Assembly: GCF_006345805.1 (NCBI RefSeq)
Contig: NC_042999.1
Location: 143,096,001 to 143,160,000 of the forward strand
Direction: 5' to 3'
Length of the DNA: 64,000 nucleotides
Source of the DNA: Octopus sinensis
Lineage: Eukaryota
Position numbers and translations under genes: made by a program. The notes beneath the pieces are model-generated. The model was not told the origin of the DNA. It worked only from the letters and a program-made list of their open reading frames with translations, and ran no database searches. Positions 1 through 13,203 of this stretch are shown piece by piece (positions within the stretch are counted from its first letter, which is position 1; each line of letters starts with the position of its first letter).

Positions 1-299
1 TTTACATTTTTTTATTCGAAAGTCCAGCGGTGATAGGAAGATGAAACATGCAGACCTGCGGTTTTGGAAGCACGTAGTTAGCGATCTACACGTAAGCAGC
101 TCATTCTAGTCGTCTCCTTATCGTCCAAGACAATGCTCAGATTCGGTTACTACCTGGGTGTCTGAGTAGCTCCATTTGTGAAGAGACCAAGGAGATTCTA
201 GAAAAGGTGAACTAAACATTGTTTTTATTTCTCTGTATCTGGTCAGTTTAGTGCGACTGAGAGTTGTCCACCTTGCGTCCGCAAAAACAAAGATAGTAT

Positions 300-930
300 T
301 TACAAAATCTGGATGGAATATGAATATCTCACATTGGATTGTACATGTTCTGTTAGATAATAAGAGTGAATCTAGGCTTGAAGACGTACTGTGCATGTTG
401 TTCGTGAACTGAACCGATATAACAGATATAGCCGCTCTTTCAGAGATTCGTTTGGAAGGTGATGGTCAGCTTAAGAAGGTTGTAAGAAAGAGAAACCGAA
501 GAAGGGGTACAGGGAGGTTGGCTTTGATTTTGAAGTTCGATCTGCTTTCCCCAAGAAGCTGGTAAAGCTTCTTTTCTGCTATAAATGACCGTTTGATGAC
601 TCTGCGTCTGCACTTGAACGATGGATGATTTGCTATTCTAGGCACTTACTCAGATCAGTCTCGCTGAACAGAAAACTACTTTCCACATAGTAATCGAAGG
701 AAAAATATTGAAAGTGGCAGACAAGTTTGTCTACCTTGGTAGCACTCTCAGCCGTCCTTGCTCCATGGATAATGAAATATCTTTAAGACTTCAGACGGCA
801 ACCAATTCCTTCAGGGCTCTTGAGTTTTGTGTCTGGTCCCCCATGGCACCATATGGTGAACAAAAGTCGGTGTGTACTGTGCATGTGTGGCCGTTGAACG
901 CTCTCAGCAGAGATGGCTGAGGCACATCCT
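300..930 (+). pseudogene. RTE-clade LINE remnant: N-terminal AP-endonuclease piece joined to a post-RT C-terminal piece (large internal deletion)
   Basis: About 316-500 translates across frameshifts as MNISHW..VLLDNKSE..RRTVHVVRELNRYN-DIAALSEIRLEGDGQL, matching the RTE endonuclease start. ORF 708-920 KVADKFVYLGSTLSRPCSMDNEISLRL matches the RTE C-terminal region. Confidence 0.75.
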
Positions 931-957
931 GAACATACATATATAGCTACATATAAA

Positions 958-1186
958 GGCGGCGAGCTGGCAGACACCGTTAGCACACCGGGCGAAATGC
1001 GTAGACGTATTTCGTCTGCCGTTCGCGCTCTGAGTTCAAATTCCGCCGAGGTCGACTTTGCCTTTCATCCTTTCGGGGTCGATAATTAAGTACCAGTTCC
1101 GCACTGGGGTCGATGTAATCGACTTAATTCCTTGTCTGTCCTCGTTTGTCCCCTCTATGTTTACCCCTTGTGGGTAGTAAACAAAT
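958..1186 (+). mobile_element. tRNA-derived SINE, family A (GGCGGCGAGCTGGCAG head, GCCTTTCATCCTTTCGGGGTCGATA core)
   Basis: A-box and B-box-like motifs (TGGCAGACACCGTTAGC; GAGTTCAAATTCC). Near-identical copies at 14475-14707 (+) and 35605-35832 (-), plus partial copies. Confidence 0.85.
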
Positions 1187-1339
1187 ATATATAGCTACAT
1201 ATATATGCAATGCATACATGAATATATACATATATAGATACAGATATCTACACATACATATAGATTCGTACATACATACACATGTATGTATATACACATA
1301 CAACATATGTATGTATGCATGTATGTATGTATATGCATG

Positions 1340-1396
<57 letters not shown>

Positions 1397-1522
1397 TATA
1401 TATATAGATAATATATATAGACCGGAGTAAACACATAAATGTGAAACAAGGTGGAAAAAAGTACTCAAATACCAGTGGTAGAGTAATCTGCTTTATTTTA
1501 AGCAGCAGAAATTCAACAAAAT

Positions 1523-1562
1523 CTGTTTCACTCTGAGTTTCTCGTTGCCGTTCATCAGACAG
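1523..1562 (-). ncRNA. Minimal type I hammerhead ribozyme motif in the PLE 3' pseudo-LTR (2-nt insertion near the cleavage site)
   Basis: Minus strand reads CTGT-CTGATGA-ACGGCAACGA-GAAA-CTCAGAGT-GAA-ACAG, with stem I CTGT/ACAG. Confidence 0.6.
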
Positions 1563-2594
1563 TTTTTGCTAGAATGGAACATATATCTAAATTCAATCTA
1601 TACTCTTACAAACGCTAACACCTTTAAAAAGAAATGGACTTGTTTGATGGCCCTTTAGAAAAACGGTCAATCTTCGAGCGATAAACAAAAAGGTCAAAAA
1701 TATATGTATATATATATATAAACTTATAAAAATTATAAAATCCGAGGAAAAAACCGAGGAAAAAACCGATGAAAAAACCTATTGCCGTTAATGAAGACAG
1801 TACAAATTAATGCATAGAAATTAAAACCTGTTATAAATACTGCAATACATTTTATATTAAAATCCACATATATATATCAACATACACAAACGATGCGCGT
1901 AAACGCCATACATACATATACAGACGTATGAATATGAATCTAAATTATACACATAAAGCATGTGTACATATATTCACGCAAACCGTCTCGCACGCAAGCT
2001 AAAATCATCTCTATGTAGCAATTCTCATATACTGAGCAAGGAGGGGAACGAAAGAAAGGGAAAGAGAGAAAAAGGAACGAAGGATGGGTGGGGGGAAAAA
2101 CTTTGTAGCGATATTATTGGCATCTATAGAGGCCAGTATACATACACAAGTTTGAATTGATACATATACATACCGTCGTGTGTATGCGTGCTTAAGCGCA
2201 AGCATACTTTCACTTACACATACACAGATACGCATGCTTACAAATACATATGCTTTGCTATACACAAACTTATATAAACATTCTAAATTTGACAACATTG
2301 CTTTTTTTAAAAAAACATTGCTTTTACAAAATGGGTGCATTAATAAAATATATACGAAGACATATAAAATAAAATATAACATCCTATTTTGGGTCATTTA
2401 TAAATAATCAAGGTAATATAAATAATCAAGGTAATCTTATGCAATACAATAACATGAAAACAAAGTTTGTAGGTTTTTCCTAATATATATGTAGAAACAA
2501 TAAGACTTTGCTATAGGTCCGTCGTAGCGCTCAAGAGTCAAAATCAAAATCAAAAAATCAAAATTCAAAATATTACTCTATCCATATGGTATAT

Positions 2595-4720
2595 TTATAT
2601 TCGACATTTTAATTTAGCCGCGTGCCTACATAAGTTCATTAACTCACTTCTTTGATTCAAAGAATTATTGTCTTTGAATAATATGTGCATTTTCTCTATA
2701 AGCAAAGCTTGCACTTGAAATTATATTTGTAAGCTCCATGCCTGTATGGTGCCGCCCTGTCCAGAATGCTCCATGTCACGTGAAAGGTGGGGCTTCCTTT
2801 TCTTTTAGTTCCCAGACATATTTTGCTAGGCTGTTTTCTTCCTATTCTCTGGGTATTTAAAAGAATTCTTATGAGAATAAAATCTTGTTTTAAATGAATT
2901 TTCTGAAGCCCCTGTGTATGTCTTGTATTCCGATGACCTTCCACTTGCACCTTAGCTCTATAAACTACTCCTTTCACTAGACATTTCCCTTCTAACGGAC
3001 AGGAGCTTTCGTTTTTGAAATTACATTTCTTAATGGGCTCGGCACCATGTCTAATCTCAATTAGCTTCCTATTATGTTGGCTAATGTAAGAGGCGAAATT
3101 TCTGCAACAGAATAGCTAACCTTCAGGGTTCTTCTATTAAATATTCTGTAGAATTTATGACCCTGCTTAAAATGCTTAGAGACTAATCTCAAAAATCCTT
3201 GCCTATATTAGTCTTTACGGCCAAATTGAAAGCCGGGTTGAACCACAAAACTTTCCTGGTCCTAGTTCTTCGTGCAGCATTATTATTAGCATTAGCTGGT
3301 TGAACTGGATCTTCTCCGAGAATCCACTATTCTTTAATGCGCTATCGTAATAAGGTGCAGCATTATGGTATGAATGCTGCCTCGTCCGAAGAAATTGAAG
3401 ATATTCTTCTACCTACATGCTGACTAAGTTGCTAAGGATAACTGGTGGATGGTTCGAATCTTTGCTAATATACGATAGCTTTTCATTGGGCTTACGGAAA
3501 GGTTTAAATCTATCCGATCTTACATTAAATTTACGTCTAAAAATCTACACTATTCAGGTTAGTATCTATCGTAATCCGTAAGCCCATCCTTTGAAAGAAG
3601 CTATAAGGTCCTTCCTAAGTCTATCTGATTCATGGCCGTTTAGATTATGCGTGGCTATAAGGCCGTCATCCCTATATAGACCTGCATCTATAAATGGGAA
3701 TTCTATTTTTAGATTATGGAGAATAAAGGCTCCTATGAGCATACATAATTCAGCCGTCGTATGCCCCCATCGGTACATCAAAAGAGAATCCTCAGTCTTC
3801 TTAATCCAGGTGGAATCCTCGAAAAACAGAAGCGATTTCCTCGCATGCATAATAATTTCAATTCCGAGCTATCGATGTTGACATACTACTTGGCGAAGTC
3901 CAATGCCCTTAGGAGCAACGTCCTAGATATCGACGGGTAAAAGTCAATAATGTCGAATTGTGTGAAGCTACAATTATTCTTATAGCTAATACCTTTAAAC
4001 CACTCTATAACTGACTTACTATTCTTCCAAATTCTCAAGTCTACTTCACTATCTAACTTAACTAAAACGGTCTAAATATTTTGCTAATAATTCCTATCTC
4101 AGTTTTAGCCGGATTTATCAATCTACATTTGGGGTTTCTACTAAAATTGTCTTTATGGTCTTTCAGAGTAATAAAAGCTGGTCGTTGTGAAAGGTATTCA
4201 ATCCTATCGCTAATCTTAAGATCGTTAGCTATTCCTCTTGCTTCTAAGTTCACCTCTTTGTATATATTCGTGTTGTCTTTTTTGTATGTGTCCGTGACAC
4301 TATTCGAAATCAGGCGTTTTAAACGTCCTTATCAAGTGCATATAAGTTCCTTGTCTTGTCAGAATTAACGAAGATCTTATCGAGTCGTTAATCTCCTTAA
4401 TTTTTTCTCTCATGTTTTTTGCAATTGGTTGGTAAATTTGCGGAATTTAATTTTCCTAATAACTCGAAAAGGTCTTCTCGAAGGCTTCTAATTCCGGAAT
4501 CGGTGGTGGGTTCTGGGAGATTTAAATCCATATTTGTTACCTTCTATTTTCTGTTTATTATCAAAGAAGAAGGCTTTCCATCTCAGTCTTCTAATAAACT
4601 CTTCCGTTTTCTCTATAAGACCTTTGATATATTGTTTCCGTGCAGGGATAGGTATATTTTTCTGAGAAAAATCCAGCGGTAAAGTTCCTCTTTTCAGCTG
4701 TTTGTTCTTCCTACTTGTGC
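2595..4720 (-). pseudogene. PLE RT-GIY-YIG ORF, near complete, frameshifted
   Basis: Motifs across frames: [100 protein letters not shown]. Stop at 2595-2597. Confidence 0.9.
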
Positions 4721-4822
4721 AGAGTCGCTCAAACTTTTACAAGGAGCGGGTTAGACCGGAGTAAACACATAAATGTGAAACAAGGTGGAAAAAAGAGTAC
4801 TCAAATACCAGTGGTAGAGTAA

Positions 4823-6383
4823 GACAATTTTAGTAGAAACCCCAAATGTAGATTGATAAATCCGGCTAAAACTGAGATAGGAATTATTAGCAAAAATATT
4901 TTAGACCGTATTTTAGTTAAGTTAGATAGTGAAGTAGACTTGAGAATTTGAAGAATAGTAAGTCAGTTATAGAGTGGTTTAAAGGTATTAGCTATAAGAA
5001 TAATTGTAGCTTCACACAATTCGACATTATTGACTTTTACCCGTCGATATCTAGGACGTTGCTCCTAAGGGCATTGGACTTCGCCAAGCAGTATGTCAAC
5101 ATCGATAGCTCGGAAATTGAAATTATTATGCATGCGAGGAAATCGCTTCTGTTTTTCGAGGATTCCACCTGGATTAGAAGACTGAGGATTCTCTTTTCGA
5201 TGTACCGATGGGGGCATACGACGGGGCTGAATTATGTATGCTCATAGGAGCCTTTATTCTCCATAATCTAAAAATAGAATTCCATTTATAGATGCAGGTC
5301 TATATAGGATGACGGCCTTATAGCCACGCATAATCTAAACGGCCATGAATCAGATAGACTTAGGAAGGACCTATAGCTTTCTTTCAAAGGATGGGCTTAC
5401 GGATTACGATAGATACTAACCTGAATAGTGTAGATTTTTTAGACGTAAATTTTAATGTAAGATCGGATAGATTTAAACCTTTCCGTAAGCCCAATGAAAA
5501 GCTATCGTATATTAGCAAAGATTCGAACCATCCACCAGTTATCCTTAGCAACTTAGTCAGCAATGTAGGTAGAAGAATATCTTCAATTTCTTCGGACGAG
5601 GCAGCATTCCATAATGCTGCACCTTATTACGATAGCGCATTAAAGAATAGTGGATTCTCGGAGAAGATCCAGTTCAACCAGCTTAATGCTAATAATAATG
5701 CTGCACGAAGAACTAGGACCAGGAAAGTTTTGTGGTTCAACCCGGCTTTCAATTTGGCCGTAAAGACTATATAGGTAAGGAATTTTTGAGATTAGTCTCT
5801 AAGCATTTTAAGCAGGGTCATAAATTCTACAGAATATTTATAGAAGAACCCTGAAGGTTAGCTATTCTTGTTGCAGAAATTTCGCCTCTTACATTAGCCA
5901 ACATAATAGGAAGCTAATTGAGATTAGACATGGTGCCGAGCCCATTAAGAAATGTAATTTCAAAAACGAAAGCTCCTGTCCGTTAGAAGGGAAATGTCTA
6001 GTGAAAGGAGTAGTTTATAGAGCTAAGGTGCAAGTGGAAGGCTCATCGGAACAAGACATACACAGGGGCTTCAGAAAATTCATTTAAAACAAGATTTTAT
6101 TCTCATAAGAATTCTTTTAAATACCCAGAGAATAGGAAGAAACCAGCCTAGCAAATATGTCTGGGAACTAAAAGAAAAGGAAGCCCCACCTTTCAACGTG
6201 ACATGGAGCATTCTGGACAGGGCGGCACCATACAGGCATGGAGCTTACAAATATAATTTCAAGTGCAAGCTTTGCTTATTAGAGAAAATGCACATATTAT
6301 TCAAAGACAATAATTCTTTGAATCAAAGAAGTGAGTTAATGAACTTATGTAGGCACGCGGCTAATTTAAAATGTCGAATATAA
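4823..6383 (+). pseudogene. 5'-truncated inverted copy of the same PLE ORF (RT plus GIY-YIG)
   Basis: ORF-track pieces 4948-5247, 5391-5774 and 6198-6383 carry FDIIDFYPSI, DFLDVNF, SNHPP, WFNP and LNQRSELMNLCRH. Confidence 0.9.
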
Positions 6384-7413
6384 ATATACCATATGGATAG
6401 AGTATATATTTTGTATTTTGATTTTGATTTTGATTTTGACTCTTGAGCGCTACGACGGACCTATAGCAAAGTCTTATTGTTTCTACATATATATTAGGAA
6501 AAACCTACAAACTTTTTTTTCATGTTATTGTATTGCATAAGATTACCTTGATTATTTATATTACCTTGATTATTTATAAATGACCCAAAATAGGATGTTA
6601 TATTTTATTTTATATGTCTTTCGTATATATTTTTTTATTATGCACCCATTTTTTAAAGCAATGTTTTTTTAAAAAAGCAATGTTGTCAAATTTAGAATGT
6701 TTATATAAGTTTGTGTAAAGCAAAGCATATGTATTTGTAAGCATGCGTATCTGTGTATGTGTAAGTGAAAGTATGCTTGCGCTTAAGCACGCATACACAC
6801 GACGGTATGTATATGTATCAATTCAAACTTGTGTATGTATACTGGCCTCTATAGATGCCAATAATATCGCTACAAGTTTTTTCCCCCCACCCCTTCTTCT
6901 TCGTTCTTTTTCTCTCTTCCCTTTCTTTCGTTCCCCCTCCTTGCTCAGTATATGAGAATTGCTACATAGATGAATTTTAGCTTGCGTGCGAGACGGTTTG
7001 CGTGAATATATGTACACATGCTTTTATGTGTATAATTTAGATTCATATTCTACGTCTGTATATGTATGTATGGCGTTTACGCGCATCCTTTTGTGTATGT
7101 TGATATAATAATGTGGATTTTAATATAATATGTATTGCAGTATTTATAACAGGTTTAATTTCTATGCATTAATTTGTACTGTCTTCATTAACGGCAATAT
7201 TTTTTCCTCGGTTTTTTCCTCGGTTTTTTCCTCGATTTTATAATTTTTATAAGTTTTTATATATATATACATATATTTTTGACCTTTTTGTTTATCGCTC
7301 GAAGATTGACCGTTTTTTCTAAAGGGCCAATCAAACAAGTCCATTTCTTTTAAAGGTGTAGCGTTTGTAAGAGTATAGATTGAATTTAGATATATGTTCC
7401 ATTCTAGCAAAAA

Positions 7414-7450
7414 CTGTCTGATGAACGGCAACGAGAAACTCAAGTAACAG
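7414..7450 (+). ncRNA. Minimal type I hammerhead ribozyme motif in the inverted PLE pseudo-LTR
   Basis: CTGT-CTGATGA-ACGGCAACGA-GAAA-CTCAAGT-A-ACAG. Predicted GUA cleavage after 7446. Stem II is only CG-GCAA-CG. Confidence 0.65.
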
Positions 7451-7515
7451 ATTTTGTTGAATTTTCTGCTGCTTAAAATAAAGTATATTATATATATATA
7501 TATTATATATATATA

Positions 7516-7870
7516 TTTTTATTCGAAAGTCCAGCAGCGATAGGAAGATGAAACATGCAGACCTGAGGTTTTGGAAGCCACGTAGTTAGCGATCTACACG
7601 TAACAGCTCATTTTAGTCGTCTCCTTATCGTCCAAGACAATGCTCAGATTCGGTTACTACCTGGGTGTCTGAGTAGCTCCATTGTGAAGAGACCAGGAGA
7701 TTCTAGAAAAGGTGAACTAAACATTGTTTTATTTCTCTGTATCTGGTCAGTTTAGTGCGACTGAGAGTTGTCCACCTTGCGTCCGCAAAAACAAAGATAG
7801 TATTTACAAAATCTGGATGGAATATGAATATCTCACATTGGATTGTACATATTCTGTTAGATAATAAGAG

Positions 7871-7875
<5 letters not shown>
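7516..7875 (+). repeat. ~360-bp direct duplicate of window positions ~10-371, bounded by (TA)n
   Basis: Same sequence from TTTTTATTCGAAAGTCCAGC to GATAATAAGAGTGAAT, with a few substitutions. Confidence 0.9.
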
Positions 7876-7906
<31 letters not shown>

Positions 7907-7971
7907 TATATATATATATATATATAATATATATATATATTATATATATATATATATAATTATGTATATTA

Positions 7972-8007
<36 letters not shown>

Positions 8008-8108
8008 TATAGCTTTAGAATAACCCTCTTTGGCTTTGAATAACCCTCGTTAGCCCTTAATTATATGATGTATATATATATATATATATTATATATATAT
8101 ATATATAT

Positions 8109-8143
<35 letters not shown>

Positions 8144-8211
8144 TTACGCATATACATTAGATATATGTATACATACATACATACATACATACATAAATAA
8201 CACACACACAA

Positions 8212-8243
<32 letters not shown>

Positions 8244-9540
8244 GCAAGAATCCATGCATAAATACATGTACAAATATGTCCCTCTGTCCGTCCAGCTATC
8301 TGTCCACACATACACACATATATACATGCATACATACATACATACATACATACATACATACATACATACATACATACATACATACATACATGCATACATA
8401 CATACATACATACATACATACATACATACATACGTACGTACGTACGTATATATGTATTTATTTATATATTTATACGCATATATATTTATATTTGTGTATG
8501 TGTATGTATGTATCTATCTATCTATTTCGGGGTCCCCAAATATTTTAGACCATCGACTCCTTCTGGAATCCTTGACCCCTCATCGACCCCACTAGGCTTG
8601 TACAAGAAAATAAATATATAATAATAATAATAAGTAGATGTGCATTTATCGACCCCTTGAATAGCCTCATCGACCCTCGGGTGTCGATTTCGACAACTTT
8701 GGAAATCCCTGATCTACTTGTATGTGTTCCTGTATTTATGCAAGAACACACACATACATTAACATACATTGGCTCAGAACTGCATTTATTCGGACGCAGT
8801 GTATTCGCCGCGCTCATAACAAAGTAACTTTTGTACACGAATGTCCGTGAATAGAGCCAATAGAATTTTGAACAGTTATTGAGACATAGAGAGAGTTTAA
8901 CATGCTTTCATTCTTCAGTAACGTTAAAACCATAATATTATCAGTGCAGCAGTATGGAATTTAGGGATATTTGCGGCATTTAGCTACGCCCCTTTGCGTT
9001 TTGAGTCAAATTCTACGCAAGTCAGCTTGCTCTCGTACTTTTAGGGTTGTTATAACCCATTCTACGAAAGGCGCACGAACTGAAATTTTTGGGGGAGTGG
9101 GGGCAGTCAATTATCTCAACACCAGTACTCAACTGGTACTTATTTTATTGACCCTGAAAGTATGAAAGCACAACCAACTTCGGCGATATTTGAACTCACA
9201 CTGAAGAAAGGCCACTAAGCATTTTGTCCTGTGTGGTTAACGATTCTGTCTGCGCGCTGTGCTTATAATAAATGCTAATTGTTGCTGTTGATCTTGTTCA
9301 ATTCATGAATCATTATGTTTCCGAAGCTATCTCAATTCAATTCTGAGAATTAAATGATTGTCGTGACTGTTGGCGCTAAAACAGTTATCTTTGGAATTCC
9401 GACGTGCTCTGTGCGTTCTTTGGGAAATAAATATTTTACACTCTACCAATATGGTGTTGCGTACTCCTTCAGCTCATCGCAGCGTTAGCGCGCGCGTTTG
9501 CATATAAACACACACTCACACAAACACACACACACACACA

Positions 9541-9584
<44 letters not shown>

Positions 9585-9721
9585 ACGCATGCGCGCGGGG
9601 ATGCTGTCATAATATTGTTTTATCTTCTATCCAAAATATCAAAACTTTTTCCATCGTTTAAATAATGTTACTACGTTTGTATGATGTGTGTTTTAAAGTT
9701 CTTGAACATCCAGAGATATAC

Positions 9722-10125
9722 TCTTTTACTCTCTTTTACTCTTTTACTTGTTTCAGTCATTTGAGTGCGGCCATGCTGGAGCACCGCCTTTAATCGAGCA
9801 AATCGACCCCGGGACTTATTCTTTGTAAGCCCAGTACTTATTCTATCGGTCTCTTTTTGCCGAACCGCTAAGTGACGGGGACATAAACACACCAGCATCG
9901 GTTGTCAAGCAATGCTAGGGGGACAAATACAGACACACAAACATATATATATACATATATACGACGGGCTTCTTTCAGTTTCTGTCTACCAAATCCACTC
10001 ACAAGGTTTTGGTCGGCCCGAGGCTATAGTAGAAGACACTTGCACAAGGTGCCACGCAGTGGGACTGAACCCGGAACCATGTGGTTGGTAAACAAGCTAC
10101 TTACCACACAGTCACTCCTGCGCCT
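9722..10125 (-). mobile_element. tRNA-derived CORE-like SINE, family B (AGGCGCAGGAGTGGCTGTGTGG head, internal microsatellite, (TAAAAGAG)n tail)
   Basis: Full-length copy with GGCACCTTG..CAAGTGTCTTC core. Other copies at 11835-12005, 18690-18842, 20815-21095, 32406-32750 and 58228-59330. Confidence 0.85.
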
Positions 10126-10399
10126 ATGGCTTGGCCCTGGCTTTTTATTCGTATCTTTCAATTGATCTAACGGTTACTTCAATTACATCAGACAGTTTCG
10201 TAGTTTCTGCTGAACCATTTATTTCTCATTTTCAAGTTGATGTAATATATTATTTTTCACTTGTAGAGAAATTGACTTTCTTGATATATGAAACTCAGAA
10301 TGCAAAGAAAAAATTCAGTCTAAAAGTCGCAGACAAATTAATTTTGGTATCAGCTGCATTTAAGGGTAGGAATAGATGAACTAATAAGTAAATAAATCT

Positions 10400-11500
10400 A
10401 AAAAGGCTTGTCAGTCCGCCGCGTGGCCCAGCGGACAAAATGGAAAAGGCTTTGCTACCGAGGATAGGGAGGGAGATGCGCTGGAACAGCTACACTGATT
10501 CACGGGGTTCGCACTTGGGGATAACCATCTCCGCCCCGAAAGCAGTGAGCAGGGATGTGACCCGGGGACCGAGAACGTCTGAAGCCTCCACTGTCAGAGG
10601 CTCGACATAAATCTGTTAGAGAGCGGCCGTTACGTTGCCAGTTTGCCGTTCTCAGCCTTACGAGCAGCGAAGCTTGGGCTGGCAGCTGAATACACAAGGT
10701 TGACACTGGAGAAGGTGTCACAATATGTGACATCCTAGATGAGGGGCATACAACCTTGGAACGGAAAGATTATCATGCCGTCTAGCCCCATTGGCTCGAG
10801 CTCGGAATGGAAGCCTGTGACGTCTAAGTCATGCTTTATGAAGTCATTGAGAGTCGCACGGTGAGGAAGACGGTCAGCTCTATAATGGCCGAAAGAATCG
10901 ACAGTGGATCCACAACGGCATTTGCGAGGCTCACAGATCTGGAGGTCAAGTCCCAGGGAAACACCAATGGGAAGTTAGTCGCTATCAAGCTGAGTGACAG
11001 TCGAGAGTGATGACACTGCATTGATCCAGGCACCGCTTCGAGGGTTGGGACGCCGAGTAGAAACATGCCAGACGGCGCTGGTCGAGTCGATGTACCAGCC
11101 CGTCCAAGATCATGCTGACCTGGATAACGTCCCATTTGCTTTTTTGGGTGACCGGACGTCCATAAAGAGGAGAGAGGGATGGACGTCCACAGGGCAGAGG
11201 TCTAGCTGGCTCCTTGTCGCGTAGGTCGCTTCACTTTTCCCGATCATAGTAGGCTCAGTTGAGTCGGGGAGAATACTGTTGATTAGGACACAGCACAAGG
11301 TCACTGATGGGAGAAATGCCAGCAGGGCCCGTGAGAGCAGAGACCAGAGGCCGAGGTCGCCATATCTGACGTAAGGTGGCCTATTGCTATCCGGTGTCAT
11401 CAAACCGAACGTTGCATATCTCTTCAGCGGCTCGTTGGATACAGACGTCGAGATTTGTGAGGAGGGATGCATGTCTGTAGCAAGGGCCATTCGAAAATAT
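10400..11500 (+). pseudogene. Highly degenerate GC-rich LINE fragment, tentatively L1/Tx1-like
   Basis: GC-rich island within AT-rich DNA. Broken frames give weak L1/Tx1-like post-RT motifs (LG.W; F-W..GRP..R....P.GRGL). Confidence 0.3.
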
Positions 11501-12345
11501 TTCACACAGTGTAACCCCCACCCTATCTTAATTGTTAGTCTAGATGTTTAGAGTAGGATCTGCCTCACAATGGAAGAAGTGAAATGAAAGTAAAATGGAG
11601 CGGAGAATGAAAAACCGAAAAATAGAAGCGACAAGGAAGTGCATTTGTATATGTAAATTACAAGAAAAAAAATGACACCCGCCTGCCAGAAACCATGCTA
11701 AAGTGAAGTTGTGCAAACCGAATATCGTTTTAAACGAGGGTCATTGTATGTATATAGGTATGTGTGTGTGTGTGTGTGTGTGTGGGGGGGGCTGTGCTTT
11801 CGGGCTTAGTTCTATTGCACAGCATCTGGGGCAAGAGTTTTCTACAATAGCCCCGGACCGACTTTTAGTTTTCGTCTACCAAAATCATTCAGAAGGCTTT
11901 GATCGGCCCGAGGCTAGAGTAGAAGACTCTCGCCCAAGATGGTCATGAACCCGGAACCATGTGGTTGAGAAGCAAACTTCTTACCGCACAGCCACCCTTG
12001 CGCCTAATGGTCATTACATATTCTTTTTTTGTAGTAAATAATTTACTTCAATAAAAATATATGTGATGGCCATTATTTATACTTTGTCTTGTGTAACAGT
12101 TTGTGTAAAAGACCAGCCTAACTGGGAAAATGAACATGCGTTTACAAAAGAAAATGGTAATGAATAATAACCTCAGACCTTGCTACAAAAATACGTGGAG
12201 TTCTTTACTAATTTTTAAAAAATTGTCAGCCTGGTACATTTTTGTTTTGCACGAATTAATAATCCCTCATTAATAACTCTGTCTGTCTCTGCCTCTGTCT
12301 CTCTGTCTCTCTGTCTCTCTGTCTCTCTGTCTCTCTGTCTCTGCC

Positions 12346-12385
<40 letters not shown>

Positions 12386-12387
12386 TC

Positions 12388-12430
<43 letters not shown>

Positions 12431-13124
12431 TATATTTATATATATATGTATACACACACACATATATTGCATGAGTGTTCATCTGTAAATATTTATGAAT
12501 GTTCAAAATTTTCAACTTAGATGTTTGGGCAGGTCATAAGCTCCACAACCTCACTCTTCTCCTTTCTAAAGATATTTGATAGAATGTATCGATAGCGCAA
12601 CAAACTAATGTACTGTGGTAGCAGACTTTCTTAACACGTAGATAAATGCATGGGTAGTTTTTGTTTAGCTCCAAGTCAGCCCTTTTCAAGTAGATTTATG
12701 ATCAAAGACATTCCATCAATGACCATCCTGCCTTTTCGTATATCTAGGACACTTTTAATTCCTTTTATAAACGGTAGGCTGTGATTTCATGAAGATTTAA
12801 TTACTATTTCTACTTGCTCAGACGAGCATATAGAGGCACAGCCGTAGGCTCAATATATATGGGTTATATATACTAATGTGTTATGTAGAAAGCTGTTTTA
12901 ATTTTGTCTTTGAATATGCGTGTCATGAAAGTGTGCGTGAATGGGTGTGTGCGTATGTTATGTGCATGCGTGCGTAAGTGATTTGATATCATGGGGATTA
13001 ACGTCGGATATGGTATAAACCGCTAGGAGTAAAATAATATTGGCATACATAGAGACATATACAATTGCTGGAAGTTTGTGTGCGTGCGAACATGTGTGTG
13101 AGTGGAATATATGTGTATGTGGAC

Positions 13125-13203
<79 letters not shown>

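Larger units (their letters stand above)
1419..7485. mobile_element. Penelope-like element (C-terminal GIY-YIG type) as a near-full-length minus-strand copy plus a 5'-truncated inverted plus-strand copy, inserted in (TA)n
   Basis: About 1491-4150 is the reverse complement of about 4823-7483. A 70-nt terminal piece (1419-1487) recurs at 4753-4822 just 5' of the minus-strand ORF. (TA)n lies on both sides. Confidence 0.92.

Noticed and set aside
958-1040. tRNA-like heads here and in other SINE copies
   Set aside because: They have A/B-box-like motifs but no complete cloverleaf, and continue into SINE bodies; not tRNA genes.
2595-6383. Selenocysteine read-through as described for Naiad PLEs
   Set aside because: The domain order is RT then EN (not the Naiad order), and the interruptions are indels rather than conserved in-frame TGA codons.
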